From NCBI GenBank assembly GCA_965202675.1, contig OZ241842.1, positions 323,188 through 387,187 on the forward strand: DNA of 64,000 nt, written 5' to 3'. The notes under the pieces were generated by a model. It was not told the origin of the DNA and did not search any database. It worked only from the letters and a program-made list of their open reading frames with translations. This document shows positions 1-9,240 of this stretch, piece by piece. The translations under genes and the position numbers were made by a program. Origin of the DNA: Candidatus Spongiisociaceae bacterium (GTDB taxonomy: Bacteria; Actinomycetota; Acidimicrobiia; Spongiisociales; Spongiisociaceae). Positions within the stretch are counted from its first letter, which is position 1. Each line of letters starts with the position of its first letter.

Positions 1-812
1 TCGGCCAGTCCGACGGTTACTTCGGGCAGCTGGACGAGGCCGGGCCGGGGGTATTGCTGTTCATCGCCCCGGACAGCAGGATCGACACCCTGTGGGCCGA
101 GATCCGGCGCCAGATGGAAACGTCGGACAAGGGCATCCGGCTGGAGATCATCGAAACCGGTGATCGAACCCGACGAGCCGGGATAGCCGGTTCGGACAAG
201 CAGCTGATGCTGGTCAGCTGGGCCCTCCTGCTCGACGCCCTGGCCGTTGCCGCTTCCGGCGACGCCAAAGTCTCGTCGGACATTCTGCAGCTGCGCGGTC
301 TGGCCCGGCGGGAAGACCAGGAGGCTTTCCTCCCGATCCATCGGGATGAGTTGGCGCCTTCTCTGCCCCGGCGCATCCGGGGGCTCCACCGCCTGATCAA
401 TGACGTGGTCGACGGCCGAGGTGTTCCGCAGGGTTGGATGAGCGTCGAGGGGTTCCGGGCAACTGCAACCAGCGAAGGATACGGGCGGTATTTTCGATTT
501 ACTTTTACGGGCGTTGCTTTTACGGGCGTTCGCGACAATCAGCTTTTCCTGGGCACCAACTTCCGGCGGTGGCAAGAAGGTTCCACACCTTTGTGGCTCC
601 AGATCCGGGTCCCCCGTTTGGGGTTTTGGGACAAGTTCATTCCGATTCATTTGCAAACCGGCCTGGAATACGAAGGGGTCCTGGAGGATGTCGTGCGCCA
701 GGTAAGGGCCGTCGAGGACATGATCGACCGAGAAGGGGTAAGCCTGGGGCGGGTCCGGGCGGACGATGCGCCGCCCGAAGAGGACTCTCCGGCAGAACCC
801 GGGGCGGGGTGA
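1..812 (+). CDS. hypothetical protein, 5' end outside window; region contains a lower-GC stretch and a short direct repeat (tttacgggcgtt x2)
   Basis: ORF runs in frame from base 3 to stop at 812; no recognisable motifs; codon usage partly atypical. Confidence 0.4.
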   Translation, partial: GQSDGYFGQLDEAGPGVLLFIAPDSRIDTLWAEIRRQMETSDKGIRLEIIETGDRTRRAGIAGSDKQLMLVSWALLLDALAVAASGDAKVSSDILQLRGLARREDQEAFLPIHRDELAPSLPRRIRGLHRLINDVVDGRGVPQGWMSVEGFRATATSEGYGRYFRFTFTGVAFTGVRDNQLFLGTNFRRWQEGSTPLWLQIRVPRLGFWDKFIPIHLQTGLEYEGVLEDVVRQVRAVEDMIDREGVSLGRVRADDAPPEEDSPAEPGAG

Positions 813-953
813 TCGGACCCGGGAGGGGGAAACGCCGGACCGCCGGGTGCCTGTTCGGCGGCGCCCCGACCGGACGGTCTGTCCAGACCCGGGGCATCTC
901 GCCATCACCTACACTCAAGCCCACTCAGGGTTACGCGAGGACACGGAGGCGGA

Positions 954-3002
954 ATGGCATCGGAGAAGATCCGTAACGCGGGCCTGTTCGGCCACGGCGG
1001 GGCGGGCAAGACCGCCGTGGCCGAAGCATTGCTCCACAACGCAGGCCTGACGACCCGGGTGGGGTCGGTGGAGGCCGGCAACACCGTCATGGACTTCGAA
1101 CCCGAGGAGATCGAACGCGGCAGCTCGCTCGGGCTGGCGGTCGCCTCCTTCCAGCAGAACGGGGTCAGGGTCAACCTGGTAGACACCCCCGGCTACGCCG
1201 ACTTCGTAGGAGACGCCAAGGCGGCCCTGCGGGCGGTCGACCTGGCCGTGTTCGTGGTTTCCGCCGTGGACGGGGTCGAGGTGCAGACCGAGCTCCTCTG
1301 GGAGGCCGCCGAGGAGGAAGGCGTCGCCAGGGCGTTCTTCATCAACAAGCTCGACCGCGACCGGGCTTCCTTCTCCCGGACCCTCGAGCAGCTGACCGAG
1401 GTCTTCGGCAAGCGGATCGCCCCGGTCCAGGCGCCGATCGGCGAGGAGAGCCGGCTGTCGGGGCTGGTGCGGATGGTGTCGGGGCAGGCCTTCGGTTACT
1501 CCGGCGGCAGCACCGAGGGGGCGCCCATCGACATCCCAGCCGACCTGGCCGGCGGCATGGACGAGATCAGGACCGCGCTGGTCGAAGCGGTGGTGGAGAC
1601 CGACGACGACATGCTCGAGGCCTATTTCGAGGGCGAGGAGCCCTCCCGCGAGAAGATGATCGAGGTGGTGCGCACCACCATGTCGGCCGGAGAGATCTTC
1701 CCGGTGCTGGTCGGATCGGCCGGCGCCCTGGTGGGCATCGACACCCTGGCCGATTTCATCGTCGACTTCGGTCCCTCCCCCATGGAGCGCCCGGCCCCCC
1801 CCACCCGATCGGGAACCCTGCCGCTCGACCCGGACGGGCAGTTCACCGCCTACATCTTCAAGACCTCGGGCGACCAATACGTGGGGCGCATCAACACCTT
1901 CCGGGTCTTCTCCGGCGCCTACAACCCCGACCTCGCCCTGGAAACGCCGGGCGGCGAGAAGTTCAGGATGACCAACCTCTTCGCCCAGCAGGGCAAGCAG
2001 CACATCGACGTAGACGAGGTAACCGCCGGGTCCATCGTTTCGGTGGCCAAGCTGGACAACCTGCGGGCGGGCGACACCATACGTGAGCCGGGAAGCGGCG
2101 TCGCCATCGAGCCGGTGGAAATGCCCCGCCCGGTCCACGAGGTGACCGTATCGCCCCGCTCCACCCAGGACGAGGACAAGCTGTCCACCGCCCTGGCGCG
2201 CGCCCACGAGGAGGATCCGACCATCCTGGTGGAGCGCCGGGCCGAGACCAAGGAGACCGTGCTGTCCGGGCTGGGGGAGGCGCATGTCAATGTAACCCTG
2301 GCCAGGGTGGCCCGCCGCTTCGGGGTGGAGATGGACACCGGGCTGCCGCGCATCCCCTACCGGGAGACCATCCAGGGCCGGGCCGACGTCGAGGGCAAGC
2401 ACAAGAAGCAGTCCGGCGGGCGCGGCCAGTTCGGGGTGGCCTACGTGAAGTTCGAGCCCAACGGGCGCGGGGAGGGGTACGAGTTCATCGACAAGATCAA
2501 GGGGGGTTCCATCCCCCGCAACCTCATCCCGGCGGTCGACAAGGGAATACAGGAGGCTCTGGATCGGGGGATATTGGCCGGTTATCCGGTGATGGACGTG
2601 CGGGCCACCCTCTACGACGGCAAGTTCCACTCGGTCGACTCCGACGAGCTGAGCTTCCGCATGGCGGGCATCATGGCGGTGCGGGCCGCCGGCGCGGACC
2701 TGCGGGCCACCATCCTCGAACCGATCGCGGTCGTCGAGATCAAGGTTCCCGAGTCGTATATGGGCGATGTGATAGGCGACCTGAACTCCAAGCGGGGCCG
2801 GGTGCTGGGCATGGACGCCGACGGACGGAACCGGGTCGTCAGAGCGGAGACCCCGATGTCGGAGATGCAGCGGTATTCTGTCGATCTCCGGTCGATGACC
2901 GGCGGGAGGGGTTCGTTCGAGATCGCTTTCTCCCACTACGAAGCCGCCCCCCCGCAGGAAGTCCAGAAGGTGGTGGCGGCCGCCAAGACCGACTCCGATT
3001 AG
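954..3002 (+). CDS. elongation factor G family GTPase (EF-G paralog)
   Basis: N-terminal G1 motif GHGGAGKT, DTPGYADF G3 motif, NKLDR G4 motif, 682 aa with EF-G domain order. Confidence 0.9.
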   Translation: MASEKIRNAGLFGHGGAGKTAVAEALLHNAGLTTRVGSVEAGNTVMDFEPEEIERGSSLGLAVASFQQNGVRVNLVDTPGYADFVGDAKAALRAVDLAVFVVSAVDGVEVQTELLWEAAEEEGVARAFFINKLDRDRASFSRTLEQLTEVFGKRIAPVQAPIGEESRLSGLVRMVSGQAFGYSGGSTEGAPIDIPADLAGGMDEIRTALVEAVVETDDDMLEAYFEGEEPSREKMIEVVRTTMSAGEIFPVLVGSAGALVGIDTLADFIVDFGPSPMERPAPPTRSGTLPLDPDGQFTAYIFKTSGDQYVGRINTFRVFSGAYNPDLALETPGGEKFRMTNLFAQQGKQHIDVDEVTAGSIVSVAKLDNLRAGDTIREPGSGVAIEPVEMPRPVHEVTVSPRSTQDEDKLSTALARAHEEDPTILVERRAETKETVLSGLGEAHVNVTLARVARRFGVEMDTGLPRIPYRETIQGRADVEGKHKKQSGGRGQFGVAYVKFEPNGRGEGYEFIDKIKGGSIPRNLIPAVDKGIQEALDRGILAGYPVMDVRATLYDGKFHSVDSDELSFRMAGIMAVRAAGADLRATILEPIAVVEIKVPESYMGDVIGDLNSKRGRVLGMDADGRNRVVRAETPMSEMQRYSVDLRSMTGGRGSFEIAFSHYEAAPPQEVQKVVAAAKTDSD

Positions 3003-3018
3003 AAGGTTTCATACACCC

Positions 3019-4302
3019 ATGGCAGAAGCGACGCTCCGGGCGGACGGGGAGGACCTGGCTTCCCTCCCGATCATCGAAGGGACAGAAGGCGGCAAAGCCG
3101 TCGACATAGGGCGTCTGCGCCGGGATGCGGGCCTGGTTGCGTTCGACCGGGGGTACGGCAACACCGCCGAGACCGCCAGCGGCATCACCTTCATCGACGG
3201 CGAGGAGGGAATCCTCCGCTACCGGGGTTATCCGGTCAGCCAGCTGGTGGGGGAATCCTCGTTCCTCGAGACGGCCTGGCTGCTCGACCGGGGCGAACTT
3301 CCTTCCCGCAGCGATCTGGACGGCTATGAGGAGGAGGCCGCCCGCCATGCGGCGCTGCCGGACGGCTTCGCCTCTGTCCTGGAGTCCTTTCCGGCGGGCG
3401 CCCACCCCATGCAGAAGCTGGCCGCCGCCGTGGTGCTGTTGGGGTCGTATTTTCCGGAGGCGGGCGAACCGACCGACCCCGAGTCGGCCCGGTCGGGCGC
3501 GCTGCATCTGATCGCCAAGATGCCCGCCCTGGCCGCCTGGACCTACCGGAGCGGCGCCGACCGCACCTACATCGACCCCCGCCCCGGCCTCGGATACGCG
3601 GCCGACTTCCTCAATATGATGTTCCATCCGGGCGGCAACGCTTCCTACCGGCCCGACCCGCCCAGCGTCGAGGCGATGGAGGCGCTGCTGATCCTGCACG
3701 CCGACCACGGCCAGAACCTTTCCACGTCGGCGGTGCGCCTGGTGGGTTCCAGCCTGACCAACCTCTTCTCCGCCGTCTCGGCGGGGGTCCTGGGCCTGTC
3801 CGGGCCGCTCCACGGCGGGGCCAACCAGCGGGTGATCGAGATGCTCGAAGCCATCCTGGCCGACGGCGGCGACACCCGCCGCTACCTGGAGCGGGCCAAG
3901 GACCGCAGCGACCCGTTCCGGCTGATGGGCTTCGGCCACCGCGTATACCGGAACTTCGACCCCCGGTCGGATCTGATCAAGCACCACGCCCGTTCGCTGC
4001 TCGGCGAGCAGGACGACCCGCTGCTGGCGTTGGCCCTGCGGTTGGAGCAGGAGGCGCTGGCCGACGACTTCTTCATCCAACGCCGCATCTACCCCAACGT
4101 GGACTTCTACTCCGGCATCCTGTACCGGGCGCTCGGCTTCCCCAGCGAGCAGTTCACCGTGCTGTTCGCGCTGGGCCGGCTCCCCGGCTGGCTGGCCCAA
4201 TGGAGGGAGATGGTCGGCGACCCCCAGGTCCGGATCAAACGCCCCCGCCAGATATACACCGGATACACAAGGCGCGACCACACCCCCATCGACCGCCGCT
4301 GA
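3019..4302 (+). CDS. gltA: citrate synthase
   Basis: GYGNTAETASGITFIDGEEGILRYRGYPV and HADHGQNLSTS / GFGHRVY catalytic motifs; 427 aa. Confidence 0.9.
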   Translation: MAEATLRADGEDLASLPIIEGTEGGKAVDIGRLRRDAGLVAFDRGYGNTAETASGITFIDGEEGILRYRGYPVSQLVGESSFLETAWLLDRGELPSRSDLDGYEEEAARHAALPDGFASVLESFPAGAHPMQKLAAAVVLLGSYFPEAGEPTDPESARSGALHLIAKMPALAAWTYRSGADRTYIDPRPGLGYAADFLNMMFHPGGNASYRPDPPSVEAMEALLILHADHGQNLSTSAVRLVGSSLTNLFSAVSAGVLGLSGPLHGGANQRVIEMLEAILADGGDTRRYLERAKDRSDPFRLMGFGHRVYRNFDPRSDLIKHHARSLLGEQDDPLLALALRLEQEALADDFFIQRRIYPNVDFYSGILYRALGFPSEQFTVLFALGRLPGWLAQWREMVGDPQVRIKRPRQIYTGYTRRDHTPIDRR

Positions 4303-4781
4303 TGGACGGCATCCGCATCCCCCGAGAGGAGGCCGAAGCGGCAGGGATGCCCGACGACCTAGATTCGGGAATCCTCGGCGCATACCGCTTTCCTTCCCCC
4401 GCCCGCCGCCGGACCGCCGCCCGCATCTACGCCGCCGCCGCCGGCCTGGCCGCGCTGGGGGCGCTGGCCGGCCTCTCGTCCGGGTTCTGGGCGGTGTCGC
4501 TGGGGCTGCTGGCGATGGCTTTCATCCACACCCAGGCCGCCTGGCCGCTCCGGATCGACCAGGAGGAGGCGTTCCTCTGGGCGGCCGCCGCCGCGCCCTT
4601 TCCGGTCGGCCACGCCTCGGCCGCTCTTGTATTCGTGGGTTTCCGGTCCCGCCCCGTCTGGGCGGTGGTGCTCTACTCGGCCGAGGATCCCCCCCGCCGC
4701 CGGGCGCTGGTGCGCCTGGAGGCCGCCACGGGGGCGCCCCTGGGCGAGACCTACATCGAGGAGCTCCCCCCGCCCGGCTGA
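4302..4781 (+). CDS. hypothetical small membrane protein
   Basis: ATG overlaps gltA stop (ATGA); Ala/Leu-rich predicted TM segments; longer upstream ORF extension overlaps gltA and was trimmed. Confidence 0.4.
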   Translation: MDGIRIPREEAEAAGMPDDLDSGILGAYRFPSPARRRTAARIYAAAAGLAALGALAGLSSGFWAVSLGLLAMAFIHTQAAWPLRIDQEEAFLWAAAAAPFPVGHASAALVFVGFRSRPVWAVVLYSAEDPPRRRALVRLEAATGAPLGETYIEELPPPG

Positions 4782-4855
4782 ACCCTGGGTGTACATCCCT
4801 CAACCACCAGCTGCCGGATCCTAGTTCTGCTCTACGCCGGGAAACCCAACTAGAA

Positions 4856-5503
4856 CTACTCCCCTTGGTGACTCTCCCCTGAATCCGAAGGGACCGTTTT
4901 GCTCTCGAGCCGGATACGCAGCTGGTCGAGGGAACTCAGAGCCCGGTCGAGGCTGGGGGAACGCCGACGAGCCCGGTCGGGGCTCCACGACCCCTGTACA
5001 TATTTCTGCACAATCTCCACATATTCAGGGCCTACCCGCCGCCCGTTGCCCTGACGGGGAGGCACCCCTTCTCTGATCTGCCTCCTTCTTGACTTCCGGC
5101 AGAGGTTGAGCAATGAGATCTTGGGGTCCTCGAGTTCGTCGACCCTGTAGGGAAGCTGACGGCGTACTGCGAAGAAATCGGCAAAGGCCTCGGAGTCGGC
5201 CATAAGCCAGGCTTCGATTGACCGTACAGCCAGGCGGAAGCACATTCCGCCGTTGGCTTGGCCATCGAGAAGGTTTACCCGGAGTTCAGGAACACAGCGG
5301 TCTCGGTCATCTTGATCCAAGTCTCTGATAACCAGCCATGCCGAATGCGCGGCAGATCTGTTGATACCAGGCAACTTCTTGTCGAGTTTTGCCTTCCCTC
5401 CCACTATGAACGGTCGGGCTGGATGCAGTCCCGAGGCTTGAAGAAGTTTCTCAGCCACTGGTTGATCGGTTGGTCCTTCGACCGCGTATCTGACATATAA
5501 CAT
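4856..5503 (-). CDS. DUF4276-like protein, partner of upstream AAA ATPase
   Basis: N-terminal MLYVRYAVEGPTDQ (VEGxTD/E motif typical of DUF4276 family as I recall it); start overlaps ATPase stop by 1 nt; lower GC than flanks. Confidence 0.65.
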   Translation of the reverse strand: MLYVRYAVEGPTDQPVAEKLLQASGLHPARPFIVGGKAKLDKKLPGINRSAAHSAWLVIRDLDQDDRDRCVPELRVNLLDGQANGGMCFRLAVRSIEAWLMADSEAFADFFAVRRQLPYRVDELEDPKISLLNLCRKSRRRQIREGVPPRQGNGRRVGPEYVEIVQKYVQGSWSPDRARRRSPSLDRALSSLDQLRIRLESKTVPSDSGESHQGE

Positions 5504-6657
5504 CAGAATGCCGGAAGACGATCTATATCATCGGGCGCGGTCTCCGGGTTTAGTATTTCAGCAAGATTAAAACCGGCATCCAAGAAAGATTCTATATCGG
5601 GAATCTTTGTTGCCGGCAAGGCGGTCGTTCCTTCTTCACCGGGTTTGAGGATGAGAATTTCGTCCAAGCCCAGACCGGGGTCTTCCAACATCTCGGTGGA
5701 GTGGGTAGACAGGATGAACTGCGAGCGGTTGCCTCTTGCCGCCTTGTGCAAAATGGTGGGAAGCCAGCGCACGATGGCGGTGTGAAGCGACAGCTCCGGC
5801 TCCTCCAGGAGGATCACGCGGCCCTTTTTCCCCGCTTTTTCTTGGATCATCCACAACAATCCGATCAGCCGCAGCGTACCGTCCGAAAGATCGTGCTCGC
5901 TCTGTTTAGCCCCGGATTGCCGCCAGTGTTTGTACCGGGCTGCGAGGTGCGGCTTGCCGGCATCGTCGCGCTCAAAGGACAAATCGTCTAGTTGCGGCAC
6001 TGCGATGCGCAAGGCGGCGTTGATCCGTTTCAGACGCGAATCCCTGGTGCGTTCGGCGGTCCCGGCGAGGCGCACCAGGAAATCACCGCCGAACGGGTCG
6101 TCTTGCCTGCCGTGGCCGAGCTCGGGGTCGCGGATGATCTGGGGCACCAGGTGCATATATCTGACCTCTTCGAGAAACTCTGCGATCGGTCGGAACCCAC
6201 GGTTGGTGTTCACCTGTTCCAGTGCGGTCTGGGTCAGGCGCTCTGCATCTTCTTCGTCGTTCTGATCCGGCCGATCGAGGATGGTTTGGCCGTCTTTGCT
6301 GACTGTCTCCCGTCGAACGCTGGGGCGGTGCAGTCCCCGCTGTTCTGCTGTAAAATGCAACTCATATACCCAGGAAGGGCCGTCGTCCGCGGCTTGTAGC
6401 TCAAGCTTGATCCCTACCCATCCGTGGTTGTAGTTGCGGGCGGCCAGGCACCGCACCCGTTTGAGGCCGCCGCGTACGGCTACGGCGTGTTGAAGTCCGC
6501 CGCCGACGGCGGCTATATCCCGCAGGAAACGAAGGGCGTCCAGCAGGTTCGATTTTCCAGAGGCGTTCGGGCCGACCACCAAGAGGCGATTCCCTACTGC
6601 GGTTTCTACCGACTTGAAGTTGCGCCAGTTCTTCAACGTGAGATGTTCTATCCGCAC
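5503..6657 (-). CDS. AAA family ATPase (AAA_21 / ABC-type, OLD/RecF-like N-terminus)
   Basis: Walker A VVGPNASGKSNLLDAL at N-terminus, ABC signature-like LSDGTLRLIGLL, Walker B ILLEEPELSLH, H-loop STHS; 384 aa. Confidence 0.85.
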   Translation of the reverse strand: MRIEHLTLKNWRNFKSVETAVGNRLLVVGPNASGKSNLLDALRFLRDIAAVGGGLQHAVAVRGGLKRVRCLAARNYNHGWVGIKLELQAADDGPSWVYELHFTAEQRGLHRPSVRRETVSKDGQTILDRPDQNDEEDAERLTQTALEQVNTNRGFRPIAEFLEEVRYMHLVPQIIRDPELGHGRQDDPFGGDFLVRLAGTAERTRDSRLKRINAALRIAVPQLDDLSFERDDAGKPHLAARYKHWRQSGAKQSEHDLSDGTLRLIGLLWMIQEKAGKKGRVILLEEPELSLHTAIVRWLPTILHKAARGNRSQFILSTHSTEMLEDPGLGLDEILILKPGEEGTTALPATKIPDIESFLDAGFNLAEILNPETAPDDIDRLPAF

Positions 6658-6939
6658 CGCGGTTCACCTTCCGGCTGGAGCCAGTGACGGCATTATAGGT
6701 CAGCGGCCCGGGTAATATGGCTCTTCGAAGTTGAGCGGTGAGGGGTGATATGAAGGGAAGGAGGAATCCGCGGGGGTCGGGGTGAGGTCCTCCATTATCG
6801 AACGCCGAAACTTTCCCGTACGCCGCCTCGCGGGACCATCAACATACAAGGAGGAATACCCGCCGCCGCAACAACCACACGCCTCATTCGGAACCGCCTC
6901 ATCCGGTCCGTAACCCTTCCCTCACCTGCCCATCATCCA

Positions 6940-7188
6940 AGAACGCGAAAACCCGCGCACCACCCCCGGCTGCGCCGGGACCCGCCCCCGCCTCCTCCAC
7001 CAGCACCGGATCCATCGCTTGGGCAAGCCGCCCCTGTTCAGGCGCCGGCGCCCGAACAGACAGTATTCCGATAATGACCGCCGCGCTCTCCGGAACTCCG
7101 GCGACGGTGTTTGTGTGTCAGCACACACATAGTACCGCAAACCTATGACAAACCCAATACCCTCATCCCAGAACGCGAAAAATATTCC
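6940..7188 (-). repeat. promoter-bearing intergenic repeat element, copy 1 (minus orientation), bounded by AGAACGCGAAA motifs
   Basis: Shares >80% identical core with copies at 22800-23051, 57601-58215, 62441-63030. Confidence 0.75.
7122..7157 (-). promoter_or_regulatory. sigma70-like promoter TTGGGT-N17-TACTAT reading toward AAA-ATPase/DUF4276 operon
   Basis: -35 at 7152-7157 (rc TTGGGT), 17-bp spacer, -10 at 7129-7134 (rc TACTAT); same architecture conserved in all element copies. Confidence 0.5.
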
Positions 7189-7221
7189 TGCCGGCGCCGG
7201 GAGGGGCCGGCCTGTCCCCGG

Positions 7222-9231
7222 TCAGCGCGGAGGGCGGGCGGCGGCGGACAGCTCCTCCACCGCCTCGTCCAGGGGTACGCCGCGCCGGTCCCGCTTCTCC
7301 CCCCGCAGGCGCAGCCCCACCGTGCCGGCGGCGGCGTCCTGGTCGCCGGTAACCAACAATGCCGGGATCTTCCGGGTGATGGCCGAGCGGACCTTCTCCC
7401 CCAGCCTGCCCGGCCCGCTTCCGGCCTCGACCCGCAGACCCCGCTCCGACAAGGCGGCGGCGGCCTCGGATGCGTAGGCCTCATGGCGGTCGGCCACCGG
7501 GATCACCGCCGCCTGCACCGGCGCCAGCCACATGGGGAACGCCCCGGCGTAGTGCTCGATCAGCACCCCCAGGAACCGCTCCACCGACCCGAACTTGGCG
7601 GAGTGGATCATCACCGGGCGTTCCCGCCCATCGGCGGGGGTCACGTATTCCAGGCCGAAGCGTTCGGGAAGGGAGAAGTCCACCTGGATGGTGGACATCT
7701 GCCAGCGGCGCCCGATGGCGTCTCGGATGTGCACGTCGATCTTCGGGCCGTAGAAGGCCCCCTCCCCCTCCGCCGCCGTGTAGGGGACGCCCGCCTCCCG
7801 CAGGGAATCCTCCAGGGCCTGTTCGGCCAGCTGCCAGAGGCCCAGCTCGCCCACCCACTTCTCCTCGGGGCGGGTGGCCAGCTCCGCCTCGAACTCCTCG
7901 AATCCGAAATCCCGGAGCAGGCCGAGCACGAAGTCGAGGTGCATCAGCAACTCGGAGGGGACCTGCTCCCGGGTGCAGAAGGTGTGGGAGTCGTCCTGGG
8001 TGAACCCCCGGGCCCGCATCAGGCCGTGGACCACGCCCGACCGTTCGTAGCGGTAGACCGCCCCCAGCTCGGACAGGCGCATGGGCAGCTCCCGGTAGGA
8101 ACGGGCCGCCGAACGGTAGATCAGGACATGGAAGGGGCAGTTCATGGGTTTGACCCGGTACTCGTCCTGCTCGTCCATCTCCATGCCCGGGTACATGTTC
8201 TCGGCGTAGAAGTCGAGGTGGCCGGACACGCCCCACAGGCCGGCCCGCGCCAGGTGGGGGGAGTTGACGAAGTCGAAGCCGTAGGCCTCGTGGGCGCGCC
8301 GGCTGTAGCCCTCCACCAGACGGCGCAGCATCCCGCCCTTGGGATGCCACACCGCCAGGCCCGGCCCCAGCTCGTCGGGAAACGAGAACAGGTCCAGCTC
8401 GCGGCCCAGCTTGCGGTGGTCCCGCCGGGCCGCCTCCTCGATCCGATGCAGGTAGTCGTCCAGGGCCCTGCGGCTCTCCCAGGCCGTCCCGTAGATGCGC
8501 TGGAGCTGGGGCCGGCGCTCGTCGCCCCGCCAGTAGGCGCCCGCCGTCCGGGTCAGCTTGACCGCCTTCAGCCGGCCGGTCGAAGGCAGGTGCGGCCCCC
8601 GGCACAGATCCACGAATCCCTCGTTGCGGTAGACCGAGACCGCATCGCCCGACTCCACCTCCGACCCTTCCGCCGAGCGGATGATCTCGGTTTTGTAGGG
8701 GTGGTCCCGGAACAGCTCCAGCCCGGCGGCGCGGGGCATCTCCTCCCGCACGAACGGCTGGTCGGCCTCGATGATCCGCTGCATCTCGGCTTCGATCCTC
8801 TCCAGGTCCTCGGGGGTGAAGGGGCGTCCGACGTCGAAGTCGTAGTAGAAGCCGTCGGCGATCGCCGGGCCGATGGCGAAGGTGGCCCCCTCGAACAGGT
8901 TCAACACCGCCTGGGCCAGCACATGGGCGGCCGAGTGCCGCAGCACCGACCGGCCCTCCTCCGAGGACTCGGTGATCACCGCGAACCGCCCGCCCGCCTC
9001 GATGGGGCGGTCCAGGTCCATCATCACCCCCTCGACCGAAACCGCCACCGCCGCCGCGGCCAGGCGCGGTCCGACCGCCTCGGCCGCCCGGCGGCCGGTT
9101 ACTCCGCGGTCGTGGCGGGCAATGGTCCGGTCGGGAAGGATCAGATCGATGGTCTCGATGGCCACAGCAGGATCGACCTCGGTTCGTTCGGGGCCGCCAT
9201 CGTAACCGCTCCGGGCGCGCCGCCCGGTCAC
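7222..9231 (-). CDS. thrS: threonine--tRNA ligase
   Basis: TGS/editing/class II core motifs (SAAHVLAQAV, MNCPFHV, GAFYGPKIDV, anticodon-binding C-term); exact start uncertain. Confidence 0.9.
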   Translation of the reverse strand: MTGRRARSGYDGGPERTEVDPAVAIETIDLILPDRTIARHDRGVTGRRAAEAVGPRLAAAAVAVSVEGVMMDLDRPIEAGGRFAVITESSEEGRSVLRHSAAHVLAQAVLNLFEGATFAIGPAIADGFYYDFDVGRPFTPEDLERIEAEMQRIIEADQPFVREEMPRAAGLELFRDHPYKTEIIRSAEGSEVESGDAVSVYRNEGFVDLCRGPHLPSTGRLKAVKLTRTAGAYWRGDERRPQLQRIYGTAWESRRALDDYLHRIEEAARRDHRKLGRELDLFSFPDELGPGLAVWHPKGGMLRRLVEGYSRRAHEAYGFDFVNSPHLARAGLWGVSGHLDFYAENMYPGMEMDEQDEYRVKPMNCPFHVLIYRSAARSYRELPMRLSELGAVYRYERSGVVHGLMRARGFTQDDSHTFCTREQVPSELLMHLDFVLGLLRDFGFEEFEAELATRPEEKWVGELGLWQLAEQALEDSLREAGVPYTAAEGEGAFYGPKIDVHIRDAIGRRWQMSTIQVDFSLPERFGLEYVTPADGRERPVMIHSAKFGSVERFLGVLIEHYAGAFPMWLAPVQAAVIPVADRHEAYASEAAAALSERGLRVEAGSGPGRLGEKVRSAITRKIPALLVTGDQDAAAGTVGLRLRGEKRDRRGVPLDEAVEELSAAARPPR

Positions 9232-9240
9232 CGCGTCCGG

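Noticed and set aside
6922-7140. 72-aa ORF MRYYVCADTQTP... inside repeat element copy 1. The first 12 codons are conserved at 22700-23002, 57174-57764 and 62435-63013.
   Set aside because: Conservation ends at a shared TGA after 23 codons in the element frame and the downstream frames differ between copies. The conservation is therefore at nucleotide level (promoter/hairpin) and not a protein. A 23-codon micro-peptide cannot be fully excluded.
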